A stretch of DNA of 64,000 bases from Nitrosopumilus sp. (GCA_965207075.1 CBDBLO010000002.1:1440001-1504000); one strand, 5' to 3'. Shown: positions 36,834 to 47,437, numbered from the stretch's first letter. Numbers and translations: made by a program. The notes: generated by a model from the letters alone, not told the origin.

Positions 36834-38132
36834 ATGACGGCAAAGAGGGCAAAAGCAGGGACGGCAAAGAGGGCAAAGAGGGCGCCGCCCCCCGAGACGG
36901 CCCATTCCAAGGAGATCGAGGTCAAGGGGCACCTGGTCGATTCCATGATCCTGACTAGGATATTTGACACCATAATGGACATGGACGGGGAGTTTGACGT
37001 CCTGGAGTTTGAGATTGGAAAGAGGAAGACCGAAAAGTCAAGGGCCCTGCTGCGCATAACGGCCAAGAGCAAAAATGATCTCGAGGAGATGCTGGATTCC
37101 GTATACAGGGAGGGCGCGCGTCCCATGCAGCCGGCCGGCGTGTCCGTGAAAAGGGCCCCCAGGGACTGCGTCATGCCAGACGAGTTCTACAGTACTACAA
37201 ACAACCGCACACGCATCTACCACAACAAAAAATGGATAGACGTGGAGAACATGATGATGGACAAGTGCATCGTGGTGCGAGGCGGCAGGGCGCTCTGCAC
37301 CCCCATCAGGGACGTAAGGCGGGGCGACATGATCGTGGTGGGAGACGAGGGCGTGGCCGTGGTGCCGCCGGAGCGCCCGCGCGAGGCACACAATATCTTT
37401 GAGTTCATGGGAAGCTCCAGCTCAAGCGAGCGTCCCACGCAGCACATTGCAAAGAGGGTCGCCGAGGACATCCACAGGACAAAATCAGAGGGGGGAAGGA
37501 TCATCGTAGTCGGAGGCCCCGCAATAGTGCACACCGGGGCCGCGGGCGCGCTTGCCGAGATGATACGCGGCGGCTACATCGACGGCGTACTTGCAGGAAA
37601 CGCGCTCGCGGTGCACGACGTAGAGCACGCCATACTGGGCACCTCGCTTGGAATGAACGTGCACGACGCGACGCTGGCCCACAAGGGGCACCGCAACCAC
37701 ATGGACGCGGTCAATGCCGTATTCAAGGCAGGCTCCATAGCAAAGATGGTCCGGGGCGGGAGGCTCACAAGCGGCATCATGTACGAGTGCGTCAGGAACA
37801 AGGTGCCGTTCGTGCTGGCAGGCTCGATAAGGGACGACGGCCCACTGCCGGACGTCATCACAGACGTGGCCCAGGCCCAGCGCGAGTACAAAAAGGTGCT
37901 AAAGGGTGCAAAAATGGTCATTATGATATCCACCATGCTCCACTCCATCGCGACGGGGAACATGATTCCGGCCGACGTAAAGGTGGTCGTGGTGGACATA
38001 AACCAGCCTACCGTAACAAAGCTGATGGACAGGGGCACCTGGCAGGCGCTCGGGATCGTGTCCGACGTGGGCGCGTTTATCCCGATGGTTGCAGGCTATC
38101 TCAGGAAAAAGAAGAGAAGGCCGCGCGCGTAA
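36834..38132 (+). CDS. TIGR00300 family (LOR/SDH-related, ornithine cyclodeaminase-like) protein
   Basis: GHLVDS, FYSTTN, FEFMGSSSSSERP, GNALAVHD and AGSIRDDGPLP motifs. Confidence 0.9.
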   Translation: MTAKRAKAGTAKRAKRAPPPETAHSKEIEVKGHLVDSMILTRIFDTIMDMDGEFDVLEFEIGKRKTEKSRALLRITAKSKNDLEEMLDSVYREGARPMQPAGVSVKRAPRDCVMPDEFYSTTNNRTRIYHNKKWIDVENMMMDKCIVVRGGRALCTPIRDVRRGDMIVVGDEGVAVVPPERPREAHNIFEFMGSSSSSERPTQHIAKRVAEDIHRTKSEGGRIIVVGGPAIVHTGAAGALAEMIRGGYIDGVLAGNALAVHDVEHAILGTSLGMNVHDATLAHKGHRNHMDAVNAVFKAGSIAKMVRGGRLTSGIMYECVRNKVPFVLAGSIRDDGPLPDVITDVAQAQREYKKVLKGAKMVIMISTMLHSIATGNMIPADVKVVVVDINQPTVTKLMDRGTWQALGIVSDVGAFIPMVAGYLRKKKRRPRA

Positions 38133-38365
38133 AGGAGGATGGCTAGCCCGCGCCTAGCGCCCCGTCCGTCCGCGCGCACACACGTACATCCCCCATCTTC
38201 CCCGCCCTTAGCAAAGCGCCGGGACAGGCGCCGAGCCGGTGCGAACACCGAGCCGGTGCCGGTGAACGGTCGGAGCTGCAACCGCGATGGCATAATGGGC
38301 CCGTGGTGGCGGTGGCGGTGGCGACGACGGCACCGTGGGGAACGTGAACCGGCAGTGGAACGCAG

Positions 38366-39901
38366 TCAGTCCACCGGGAGGCACCGCTTCAGGAGCTCCA
38401 GCGTAACCTGCGGATCCGCCTTGCCGCGGGTCTTCTGCATGACCTTGCCCACCAGGTAGTTTACGGTGTTCGGGTTCGAGGAGGCCTGCTCGGCGGCCTG
38501 CGGCTCCTCCGAGATGACGGACCGCACCACGCCCAAGAGCTCCGACTCGTCGGATACTAGCCCCAGGTCCATCTCAGAGGACACCTCCGCGAGGCTCTTG
38601 CCGGTTTTTGCCATCTCGTGCAGCGCCTGCTTTGCAGAGTTGCGCGCCATCTGCCCCGACGCGACCGCGTCGGCAAGCTCCCGCAGCCCGTCCACGCTTA
38701 TCACGTCAGACGCGGGATCGTCACGCTTTTTCTGCGCGTCGCCGCCGGCAGCATCACTATCCGGGGCCGGAGCTGTTGTCGTCGCCGCCGATGCCGTCGC
38801 CATCACAAGCCCCATCAAGTCGGTGGTGATGATGTTTGCAAGCTCCCTGGCGTTCTTGCCGGTGCGGGCCGCGTCAAACAGGTCAGAGTACGTCTTGTCA
38901 GAGGAGAGCACGTCGGCCACCTGCGGCGGGATCATATACTGGGAGACGAACCGCTCCCGCTTCTCAGAGACGCTCTCGGGCATACGGGACCTCAGCGACT
39001 CGACTGTCTCGGCGTCTATCCTCACCCACGGGATGTCCGCCTCCAGCAGGTAGCGGTAGCCCTTCTCCTCCTCCTTTAGCCTCGAGGGGACGGTAATCTT
39101 TCTTGCCGCGTCCCAGTGGCGCGTCTCCTGCACCACCTCAAGGCCCCGGGAATGCTGCGCCTCCTGCCTTGCAATCTCGAAGACCACGGCCTTTTCGAGG
39201 TCATGGAACGAGCTGATGTTCTTTATCTCGACCCTGTTCCCGCCCTCAAGCGAGACGTTGGCGTCCGCCCTCATCGCGCCCTCGAGGGCGGGATTGGACA
39301 CGCCCAGGTTCTCCACCATATCTGAGAGCATCTGCAGAAACAGCCTCAGCTGCCGGGGCCCCTCAAAGTCCGGCTCCGTCACGATCTCGACTAACGGGGT
39401 TCCGGCCCTGTTGTAGTCGACCAGCGATATGCGGTTCCGGGCAGACGCCCCCTCGTATACCATGCGCCCCGGATCCTCCTCGAGCTGGACGCGGCGTATC
39501 CCCACGGTGCCGCCGTCCACCAGTACGGAGCCCCTGCCCCCTATGCTGGTGTCGCCGTACATGTCAAGCTGCGTAATCTGAAAGTTCTTTGGAAGGTCGG
39601 GATAAAAGTAGTTCTTCCTGAAAAAGGATATCCTCTCAGGTATGGCGCAGCCCAGGGCCATTGCAATCATCGTTCCCCTGCGGACGGCCTCCGCGTTGAG
39701 CCGCGGCAGCGTCCCGGGCATGCCCATGCAGACGGGGCAGACGTTCTCGTTGGGGCCCATGCCGCGGTAGTCGGCCCTGCACGGGCAGAAGAGCTTGCTC
39801 TTGAGGCTGGTCATCTGGCAGTGTATCTCCAGGCCGATTACGGGCCGCGGGGCGGCCGTACCGGCGGAGGCGGCGCCCGCGCCGCTGACGTCCCCGCTCA
39901 A
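38366..39901 (-). CDS. gatB: Asp/Glu-tRNA amidotransferase subunit B
   Basis: IGLEIHCQ, RKNYFYPDLPK, DYNRAGTPLVEIVTEPD and QETR motifs. Confidence 0.96.
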   Translation of the reverse strand: MSGDVSGAGAASAGTAAPRPVIGLEIHCQMTSLKSKLFCPCRADYRGMGPNENVCPVCMGMPGTLPRLNAEAVRRGTMIAMALGCAIPERISFFRKNYFYPDLPKNFQITQLDMYGDTSIGGRGSVLVDGGTVGIRRVQLEEDPGRMVYEGASARNRISLVDYNRAGTPLVEIVTEPDFEGPRQLRLFLQMLSDMVENLGVSNPALEGAMRADANVSLEGGNRVEIKNISSFHDLEKAVVFEIARQEAQHSRGLEVVQETRHWDAARKITVPSRLKEEEKGYRYLLEADIPWVRIDAETVESLRSRMPESVSEKRERFVSQYMIPPQVADVLSSDKTYSDLFDAARTGKNARELANIITTDLMGLVMATASAATTTAPAPDSDAAGGDAQKKRDDPASDVISVDGLRELADAVASGQMARNSAKQALHEMAKTGKSLAEVSSEMDLGLVSDESELLGVVRSVISEEPQAAEQASSNPNTVNYLVGKVMQKTRGKADPQVTLELLKRCLPVD

Positions 39902-41367
39902 TCCGGCACCTCCGGAAGCGGGGGCCTCCCCTTCTCGAGTGCCCGCGCCGCCCTCAGTAGCGCCCTGTCCTGCATCGAGTCGGCCATCATCTGGATGCCT
40001 ATAGGCAGCCCTCCCGCGGAGACCGCGTACGGCACGGACACGGCGGGCCTCCGGGTCAGGTTGGCAGTCACGGTATTGAGGTCCACCATGAACAGCGAGA
40101 CGGGATCGTCGGTCTTTTCGCCTATCCTAAACGGCAGCATCGGGACCGTCGGGGCCATCAGTATGTCATAGGAGGAGGCAAACGCGTCGGCCACCTCGCG
40201 CGTCAGCTTTGCCCTGACCTTTAGCGCCTTTAGATAGTACCTGCCGGCGTGCCCGGCAGACGAGACGTACCCCCCCAGGATCATGCGCCTAGTGACCTCC
40301 GGCCCGAACCGGCCGCGGGCCTCGGCCACGTACGAGTTGAACTCGTACCCGTCAAGCGGGAGGTCGTAGCCGTACCGGAGGTTGTCGTACCTGGCCAGGT
40401 TGCTTGCGGCCTCGGCCGCCGTGATGGTATAGTACGACGGGACCGAGTACCCGACCATGTCAAGCGATACCCGCTCGCACGAGGCGCCCGCCGCCTCCAA
40501 GTCCCACGCGGCCCGCTCGGCGGCCCCCGCGACCTCCGGGTCGGCTCCCTCCGTCATCTCGTCGACTATGCCCACCCGCATGCCCTCGACGCCCCCCTCG
40601 ATGCCCTCAAGGTAGTCGGCGGCGTCGGCATCCGCAGTGGTGTCGTCATGCTCGTCCCTCCCGGCAATCACGCCCAGGACAAGGGCCGCGTCGCCCACCG
40701 TCCTTGCGATCGGGCCGATCTGCTCTATGCTGTTGGCGTACGAGACGAGCCCGTGCCGGCTCACAAGCCCGTACGTGGGCTTGTATCCCACAACGGAGCA
40801 GAAGCTTGCGGGGTTTCTCACAGAGCCCCCCGTGTCCGAGCCCAGGGACGCGACGCACTCAAACGCCGCTGCCGCGACGGCGCTTCCGCCTGATGAGCCC
40901 CCCGGCACGTATCCCGTATTCCACGGGTTGCGGCTGGGCCCGTACGCGCTGAACTCGGTGGTGAGTCCCATCGCAAACTCGTCCATGTTGGCCTTTGCCA
41001 CTATAATCCCCCCCTCCGCATTCAGCCGGGACACCGCGGTGGCGTCGTACGGGGCCACGAACCCCTCAAGCATCCTAGAGCCGCAGGTGGTGCGGCTGCC
41101 CCGCATGCAGATGTTGTCCTTTATCGACACGGGCATGCCCGCAAGCAGCCCCACCTTCTGCCCGGACTTGATGCCGCGGTCGATCTCCCTGGCGCGCGCC
41201 AGCAGCTTCTGGCGGTCCTCCACGTGCAGGTACGCGTTGTACCGGGTTTCGGCCTCCTCGATGCGGGAGAGCGTCTCGGAGAGAAACTCCTCGGCGGTAA
41301 ACTCGCCTGACGTGACGCCCCGCACGTACTCTAGCGCCGAGGCCCTTATTATCGAGGAGTGGTTCAT
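39898..41367 (-). CDS. gatA: Asp/Glu-tRNA amidotransferase subunit A
   Basis: Amidase signature PGGSSGGSA...GSDTGGSVRNPA and SNLARYD. Confidence 0.96.
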   Translation of the reverse strand: MNHSSIIRASALEYVRGVTSGEFTAEEFLSETLSRIEEAETRYNAYLHVEDRQKLLARAREIDRGIKSGQKVGLLAGMPVSIKDNICMRGSRTTCGSRMLEGFVAPYDATAVSRLNAEGGIIVAKANMDEFAMGLTTEFSAYGPSRNPWNTGYVPGGSSGGSAVAAAAFECVASLGSDTGGSVRNPASFCSVVGYKPTYGLVSRHGLVSYANSIEQIGPIARTVGDAALVLGVIAGRDEHDDTTADADAADYLEGIEGGVEGMRVGIVDEMTEGADPEVAGAAERAAWDLEAAGASCERVSLDMVGYSVPSYYTITAAEAASNLARYDNLRYGYDLPLDGYEFNSYVAEARGRFGPEVTRRMILGGYVSSAGHAGRYYLKALKVRAKLTREVADAFASSYDILMAPTVPMLPFRIGEKTDDPVSLFMVDLNTVTANLTRRPAVSVPYAVSAGGLPIGIQMMADSMQDRALLRAARALEKGRPPLPEVPD

Positions 41368-41383
41368 CGCGCGCGGCCTCCAG

Positions 41384-41644
41384 TCAATCCATCTTCGGCA
41401 CCCTGACATAGCCGTCCCGGTACTGCCTGATGTAGCCAGAAAGCCCGCCAAAGGACTCGTGCGCGTCCTCGCGCAGCCGCGACACGGGCACGTCGTCCAT
41501 CACAAGCTCGTCGTCCTCGACTCCGGCCGAGTCGAGCATCTCAAAGAAGTTTATCATGTCGCGCACCTTTTCAATATGTTCCCGGTGGTCGGCCACCCGT
41601 ATCCTTACAAGCTTCGAGACGGACTCTATCTCCTCCTCTGTCAC
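41384..41644 (-). CDS. gatC: Asp/Glu-tRNA amidotransferase subunit C
   Basis: LRED and GYVRVPKM motifs; position directly before gatA. Confidence 0.85.
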   Translation of the reverse strand: MTEEEIESVSKLVRIRVADHREHIEKVRDMINFFEMLDSAGVEDDELVMDDVPVSRLREDAHESFGGLSGYIRQYRDGYVRVPKMD

Positions 41645-41705
41645 CAATCCGGACTGTGGTATGGCCAGAGTCGTTATTAATCTTGGCGGCATGCGCGCCA
41701 AGGGC

Positions 41706-41927
41706 CTACGGGGCAAGGGCCCGCAGATCAAGGCACTTTTGGTCAAACTCGTCCAGGTATGACTTGCCGCCCCCCGGGGTGGGCTCGTAGATCTGGCAGG
41801 TGGCAGGATCAATCAGCCGGGTGGTGGGCCCGTCAGACGTGTTTGCCACGTACTGCACCACTAGTATGGCAAGCAGCACGCCTATTATCATCAGGGGCAG
41901 CCGCCGCGACGCCAGTTCCATCCCTAT
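41706..41927 (-). CDS. small membrane protein
   Basis: TM helix plus IDPATCQIY...FDQKCL (Cys pair). Confidence 0.65.
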   Translation of the reverse strand: MGMELASRRLPLMIIGVLLAILVVQYVANTSDGPTTRLIDPATCQIYEPTPGGGKSYLDEFDQKCLDLRALAP

Positions 41928-42091
41928 GACGCCCCCTGCATGCGCGCTTCAGGGGCGCCGGCCCCCCTCGGCGCCGCGTCACTCGGATCATCATGCGCCG
42001 GCGCTGCCGCTGTGATCTCGGACGTCACGACATGCTGCACGCCGGACGCCGCTGTAATCCCCATAATCATCCCTTCAAACCATCCCAGAAT

Positions 42092-43450
42092 TCACGGCAC
42101 GAGCCGGTCGACGTCCCGCGGGTAGAACGTCGCATCCCTGATGTTCGCGGTTCCCGTGAGCGCCATGAGGAGCCTCTCAAGTCCGATGCCGCATCCCGCA
42201 TGGGGGGGCACGCCATAGTCGAACGCGCCCAGATGGTACCCGAAGGAGTCGACGTTCATGCCCTTTGCCCTCATGCGCGACTCCAGGTCCTCCCGCCTCC
42301 CGATACGCGTGCTGCCAGAGGATATCTCCAGCTCACCATACATTAGATCAAACGACTCGGAGATGCGCTGCTGTTGTTTGTCACCGGCGCCGTCGGCTCC
42401 CCCTCCGGACTCTTTTACGTAAAACGGCTTTGGCCCGAGCGGCCAGTCCACAATAAAATAGAACCCGTCCAGCCCGAGCCTTTTGAGGTCGGACGGATAG
42501 AGATCGTCGCCCCACTGCGTCTTTGCCCCGGCATCCTGCAGCCTGTCGACCAAGCTGCTGTACGTGTGGCGCGGTATGGAGTCTGGAGTCTCGGGGACCG
42601 TAATGGAGACATCCCCGTCCGCGATCCTCTTGGCCCCCTCCAGGTACGAGCGTGCCGCGTCCGCAGACTCCCTTATCAGGGACGCTATCCGGTCCATCAC
42701 GTCGTTGTAGTCCACAAACGCCTCCTCCAGGTCGATGGATATCGCCTCAGAGAGGTGTCTCGGCGTCCGGGAGGCCTCGGCCCTGAATATCGGGGCGATT
42801 TCAAACACCTTCTCAAAGCTCATTGTGAGCTGCTCCTTGTACAGCTGCGGGCTTTGCGCCAAAAACGCGGGTTTGTCATAATAGAATATCGAGAAGAGTG
42901 CGGCCCCGCCCTCCGTCGCGCTTGATATTATCTTGGGGGTGTTTATCTCTATGAACCCCTCGCGCTCAAAATAGTCCCGGACGGCGCGCAGTATGCGGCT
43001 GCGCATCTTGAAGGTGTGCTGCAGCACGGACCTGCGCAGGTCTATGGGCCTGGCCTCCAGCCGGGTGTCGATGTTCTTGACGGTCTTTGCGACTGGCTCA
43101 AACGGCGGTATCTTCTGCACGCTTGAGAATATGCGGAGCTCTGCAGGGACGACCTCAAAGCCGCGGGGCGCCCTTGGCGAGGCCCTCAGGATTCCGCGGA
43201 CGGCCACGGAGGAGTGCGCCTTGAGCGACGACAGTGCCTCGCGCACCTCGTCGGGGCATTCCCCTCCCTTTTTTGCGACTATCGGAACCTCCCCGTCCCT
43301 GTCGCATATGGTCGCAAACGTGATGCCGCCGTGCCCGCGGACTGTCAAAAGCCACCCCATGACGGTCACGTCCTGCCCGTCCATTCCCTCTGAAAGATCC
43401 GAGGAGTAGTGCGTGCGCCTCAGGCCTCCGAGATCACTTGAGATTGCCAT
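42092..43450 (-). CDS. aspS: aspartyl-tRNA synthetase (archaeal, likely non-discriminating)
   Basis: RTHYS, LAQSPQLYKEQ, IFRAE and PPHAGCGIGLERL motifs; clustered with gatCAB. Confidence 0.95.
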   Translation of the reverse strand: MAISSDLGGLRRTHYSSDLSEGMDGQDVTVMGWLLTVRGHGGITFATICDRDGEVPIVAKKGGECPDEVREALSSLKAHSSVAVRGILRASPRAPRGFEVVPAELRIFSSVQKIPPFEPVAKTVKNIDTRLEARPIDLRRSVLQHTFKMRSRILRAVRDYFEREGFIEINTPKIISSATEGGAALFSIFYYDKPAFLAQSPQLYKEQLTMSFEKVFEIAPIFRAEASRTPRHLSEAISIDLEEAFVDYNDVMDRIASLIRESADAARSYLEGAKRIADGDVSITVPETPDSIPRHTYSSLVDRLQDAGAKTQWGDDLYPSDLKRLGLDGFYFIVDWPLGPKPFYVKESGGGADGAGDKQQQRISESFDLMYGELEISSGSTRIGRREDLESRMRAKGMNVDSFGYHLGAFDYGVPPHAGCGIGLERLLMALTGTANIRDATFYPRDVDRLVP

Positions 43451-43744
43451 GCCGTGCGTGCGACACGAGAGCTAATTAGTTTTTGTCACGGCGGGGGGGA
43501 TGCGCCCAGACCGTGCCTCTGGCGAGAGGAAGCAGGCCGCAGGGCTGCGCGCGTTCAAAAAAAGATGCGGGTCCACCTACCCGTCCGACACGCGGCATCG
43601 GCCCGCAGGCTAAGACATGCGGGCGGGCGGCCGCGGCAATCCGGCACGGATGGGATCGCCGGCCCGCGGCGCCGCGTTACGGCATGCTGCGCCGCGCAGC
43701 CGTGCGCGAATCCTTATAATGAGTACCCCTACAGCAACGGCATA

Positions 43745-43963
43745 TTGGACGTGCTCATCGGGTTGGTCATCGCCACCTTTATCATCGCAGGCGCATACGT
43801 GGGCTACCACTACTCGCAGGACCCAAGCAACTTTGAGAGTCACGATGCGGAGATGCCCCACGCGCCACAGGCCCTCTCAGTATCGCATCATACAGGCCAT
43901 GGCGCAGCCCACGCGCTCCACGCGCCGGCCTTGGGCGAGCGCGGCGCCTACGCGGCGCTATGA
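43745..43963 (+). CDS. small membrane protein with His-rich tail
   Basis: TTG start, TTATAA ~30 nt upstream and TM helix VLIGLVIATFIIAGAYVGY. Confidence 0.55.
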   Translation: MDVLIGLVIATFIIAGAYVGYHYSQDPSNFESHDAEMPHAPQALSVSHHTGHGAAHALHAPALGERGAYAAL

Positions 43964-44082
43964 TCGTCGGTACCAACAACAACAACAACAGCAGCAACAA
44001 CAACGGTGACGACGTCACCTCTGGACTGCATGCGAGCCGCATGCTGCGATCTGATTAAATTACGCGGCGCCAGAGCCCCCGC

Positions 44083-44289
44083 ATGCTGACTGACCGCGAA
44101 ACCACTATAGCTCTGGTCGCAAACGCAATAGCGGTATACTCCATACTCAGCGAGCGCGGCGAGCTGCCGGACGGGAGCAACATGTACGGATTCGTGCTCG
44201 ATGCGGTTCCGGCCGCGCACAGGGACGGAATGACCCCCGACATGATAGAAGAGGTATTCGAGTCCGTAACGCTAGCCCACAATTCATAA
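44083..44289 (+). CDS. small conserved hypothetical protein
   Basis: TTAAAT ~28 nt upstream; probably co-transcribed with purP. Confidence 0.7.
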   Translation: MLTDRETTIALVANAIAVYSILSERGELPDGSNMYGFVLDAVPAAHRDGMTPDMIEEVFESVTLAHNS

Positions 44290-44311
44290 GACATGCAGGC
44301 GCACCGCGCGC

Positions 44312-45352
44312 ATGGCAGAGCCCGTCTCCGTGGCAACCCTGGGCTCGCACTGCGCGCTGCAGGTGCTAAAGGGCGCAAGCGACGAGGGGCTCAGGACCGT
44401 CCTCGTGTGCGAAAAGAGGCGCGAGCGCCTCTACAAGAGGTTCCCGTTCATAGACGACATGATCACAGTAGACTCGTTTCGAGAGATACTTGCAGAGCCC
44501 TGCCAGGACCGGCTGCGGGAATCCAACGCGGTGCTGGTTCCCCACGGCACCCTGATCGCGCAGATGAGCTCGGACGAGATAGAGTCCATCAGGACGCCCG
44601 TGTTCGGAAACAAGTGGATACTGCGGTGGGAATCGGACCGCTCCATGAAGGAGGAGCTCATGCGAAGGGCCGACCTGAGGATGCCGGACCCCATAGCCAC
44701 CCCCGAGGACATCGACGGGGCAACAATAGTAAAGCGTCAGGGGGCCGCAGGCGGCAAGGGATACTTTATCGCGGCAAGCGCTGACGACTACAGTGCAAAG
44801 CGCGACACGCTTGTCAAGAGCGGCACCATATCTGCAGACGAGCCGCTCTACATACAGAGGTACGCGTCGGGGGTGCTTGCATACCTGCAGTTCTTTTACT
44901 CGCCCCTGCGCGGCGACATAGAGTTCTTCGGGGCCGACCAGAGGCACGAGTCGGACATAGAGGGGCTGGCCCGGGTCCCCGCAAAAGAGCAGCTTGCCGG
45001 AGGCGTCTCCGACGTGCCGTCATTCAACGTGATAGGAAACACGCCGATCGTGCTGCGCGAGTCCCTGCTCGAGGAGGCGTACGCAATGGGCGAGAGGTTT
45101 GTAAGCGCCTCGCGCGACGCGGTGCCGCCCGGGATGAACGGGCCGTTCTGCATCGAGGGGGTATACGACGAGGACGCGAAGTTCACGGCCTTTGAGTTCT
45201 CGGCAAGGATAGTGGCGGGCACCAACATCTACATGGACGGCTCGCCCTACTACTCACTCCTGTACGGCGAGCCCATGAGCATGGGGAGACGCATAGCCCG
45301 CGAGATAAGGCAGGCGTCGGAGGCAGGCAGGCTTGGCGACGTGACCACGTGA
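44312..45352 (+). CDS. purP: PurP-family formate:AICAR ligase (paralogue 2)
   Basis: LGSHCALQVLKGA, GAAGGKGYF, LRESLL, FEFSARIVAGTN and MGRRIAREI motifs. Confidence 0.93.
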   Translation: MAEPVSVATLGSHCALQVLKGASDEGLRTVLVCEKRRERLYKRFPFIDDMITVDSFREILAEPCQDRLRESNAVLVPHGTLIAQMSSDEIESIRTPVFGNKWILRWESDRSMKEELMRRADLRMPDPIATPEDIDGATIVKRQGAAGGKGYFIAASADDYSAKRDTLVKSGTISADEPLYIQRYASGVLAYLQFFYSPLRGDIEFFGADQRHESDIEGLARVPAKEQLAGGVSDVPSFNVIGNTPIVLRESLLEEAYAMGERFVSASRDAVPPGMNGPFCIEGVYDEDAKFTAFEFSARIVAGTNIYMDGSPYYSLLYGEPMSMGRRIAREIRQASEAGRLGDVTT

Positions 45353-45389
45353 CGACGACGACGACGACTACGACTACTACTACTACTAC
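45352..45389. repeat. (GAC)n(TAC)n microsatellite
   Basis: Directly visible immediately after the purP stop. Confidence 0.9.
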
Positions 45390-45406
45390 TGTTGCTACCG
45401 CTGCAG

Positions 45407-45763
45407 TCACGAACCAGACTTTTGCTTTGGGTTTGAGGTGTTCGGGTATATGTTGAGGACGGGCTCGTGTCCGTCTATGGTTATCTCCACCTTGCCTATG
45501 CGGCTGCGGTACATCTTGATCTTCTTTCCCTCCGGCGATATGTCAAACCTGTCGACCTCGGCCAGGGCCAGGTACTCGAGCGTCGCAAACGACTTGTACA
45601 CCGTCGACGCGGACAGGTTCAGCTCGCGTGCCACCTCGGCCGCGTCCTTTGAGCGCTCCCGGACCGCAAACAGCACGGACCTTATGCAGACGTTGCTGAG
45701 CGCCTCCATCATCCTCTGCGTGACGTCCACTTCGGAGAGCTCTATGATTCCGGGCTTTGACAA
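45407..45763 (-). CDS. ArsR-like winged-helix regulator
   Basis: AAEVARELNLSASTVYK and GKKIKMYRSRI motifs. Confidence 0.85.
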   Translation of the reverse strand: MSKPGIIELSEVDVTQRMMEALSNVCIRSVLFAVRERSKDAAEVARELNLSASTVYKSFATLEYLALAEVDRFDISPEGKKIKMYRSRIGKVEITIDGHEPVLNIYPNTSNPKQKSGS

Positions 45764-45774
45764 TTCTCACGCAC

Positions 45775-46104
45775 CTAGTTGGGCACAAGGGTAAGCACGG
45801 GCTCGGGCTTGCCTATGGATATGTCGGCCCTCTTGATCCGGCTGCGATACATCTTCAGCCGCCTGCCCCTGTCAGAAAGGACGGTCCTTTCAACCTCGAT
45901 CAGCGTCAGGGCCTGCAGCTCGGACAGCTTTTTGTAGACGGAGCTGAGCGGTATGCGCAACCGGCCCGCAAGCTCCGGCGCTGACTTTGATTTTTTGATT
46001 ATGGAGAACAGGATGGCCCTCGACTCGGCGTCGGCGAGCGCCAGAATCACCTTCTGGTTTACGTCGTACTTTTTCAGCTGCGGCAGGGTGAATTTTGGCA
46101 ACAC
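45775..46104 (-). CDS. ArsR-like winged-helix regulator
   Basis: LADAESRAIL, LRIPLSSVYKKLSEL and GRRLKMYRSRI motifs; tandem paralogue of the previous gene. Confidence 0.85.
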   Translation of the reverse strand: MLPKFTLPQLKKYDVNQKVILALADAESRAILFSIIKKSKSAPELAGRLRIPLSSVYKKLSELQALTLIEVERTVLSDRGRRLKMYRSRIKRADISIGKPEPVLTLVPN

Positions 46105-46173
46105 GTATGCATGGTGTGGAATCTATTTAAGCGGATTGTCCAATTCTCAATATATGGAATCAGAATCAATACT

Positions 46174-46416
46174 TCAGCGGGGTTGCACGGGCGCCCAGCG
46201 GCTGCGGAGCGGCCACAGCGCCCCCAGTATCACGCCCGCCGCGGCCCAGAAGGACGCCGCGGCCGCGATCGACGCGGCCCTGAACCCGTCAAGCAGGGCG
46301 CCGTCCAGGCCCGGCTCTGGATCCGGGTTTGAGGGCATTGCAAGCAGCAGTATGGCCGCGAGGTGGCCGCCGCGCTGCCACTCGCGGTACGGCTCGTATG
46401 CGTCCCCGAATTCCAC
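46174..46416 (-). pseudogene. internally deleted CbtA paralogue remnant
   Basis: YEPYREWQRGG and MPSNPD...GFRAAS...FWAAAGVILGALW align with two distant segments of the adjacent CbtA. Confidence 0.75.
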
Positions 46417-46689
46417 GGGGTCAGATTTTGCCGTACCGCTTTACGTGTGGTTAATTGGGCACACTTCGCCTAACCGGGCCCTACAAAATACGGTCATTGC
46501 AGGCCACGGCGTCGGGATGTATTGCAAGATTATACCTCCTGCCTGCAAGCGGCCGCAAGCCCAAGGACGTAAAACCCGGCCCTAAAGCGGAATAGATCTG
46601 ACGAACCGCCAACCTGCAGGGGTTGCGCGGTTACTTTGGCCCCGGCACAGAACTGTGCACAAGCTTGCCGCGCCGCAGGCCAGAGCGAG

Positions 46690-47427
46690 TCATCCACTCT
46701 GGCTTTTTGAGAATATCTCAGAATCGGGCCTTAGTCTGTGCCACAACACACCCAAAATTACCGCCGCAGATGCCCAAAAGATGGTTACTGTCACCACGGA
46801 CGCCGCCCTGAACCCGTTTACCAGATCCATCGGGGCAGTCACTTCGTCGGGGTTGTCGGGCATCAAGACAAATACCGTCCCGATGAACGCTGCATATCCT
46901 ACAAATGCCAGTGCCCGGGCGTTCTGTCGCAGGCGCCTGTACACCTGATAGAATCCCACTGCGCCAAATCCCGAGATTGCAATAAAAGACAGGTACAGGA
47001 CTGCCCTCAGGACCACGGTCTCTCCGTCTCCGACAGTCGGGGGATTTGCAGGATACTTTAGGAAGGGAATCAGGTATAGCGTGCACCACATTATTCCGGC
47101 AAGCAGGATTGCCTTCTTTACATCCGTATTTCCAGGCAGTGCCCGTCTTGAGAATGCATAGACTATTCCAAACAGGGCGCCTATGGACGTGCCCAATATT
47201 GCGCCGGCCAAAACCTGCCCGCCCTTTTGCCAGTCGCGATATGCGTTGTACGATGTCCAAAATTCGGGCGTGTCTTCCTCCTCGCCTGACGTAAAGAGAT
47301 TCTGGTTTTCAATTCCTATGGCCTCGTCAAGGTACGGCTCCACTATTGCAAGGTTTGCCATCCCGTGAATTGCTCCGGCCAGGGCTCCGGAAACCAGTAC
47401 AATAAAGACAAAAAGAAGCGCTTTCGT
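46690..47427 (-). CDS. cbtA: cobalt transporter CbtA family protein
   Basis: LKYPANPPTVG motif and multiple TM helices. The reading frame with the first TM helix extends to an ACG at 47427 behind an SD. Confidence 0.88.
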   Translation of the reverse strand, partial: TKALLFVFIVLVSGALAGAIHGMANLAIVEPYLDEAIGIENQNLFTSGEEEDTPEFWTSYNAYRDWQKGGQVLAGAILGTSIGALFGIVYAFSRRALPGNTDVKKAILLAGIMWCTLYLIPFLKYPANPPTVGDGETVVLRAVLYLSFIAISGFGAVGFYQVYRRLRQNARALAFVGYAAFIGTVFVLMPDNPDEVTAPMDLVNGFRAASVVTVTIFWASAAVILGVLWHRLRPDSEIFSKSQSG

Positions 47428-47437
47428 GGTCTTTCAC

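Noticed and set aside
38230-38365. Short GAGCCGGTGC/GGAACG repeats between converging genes
   Set aside because: They are irregular with no spacer periodicity, and fit the general slippage pattern rather than CRISPR or iterons.
28419-45352. Two purP paralogues
   Set aside because: Paired PurP-like genes are common in archaea and are not novel.
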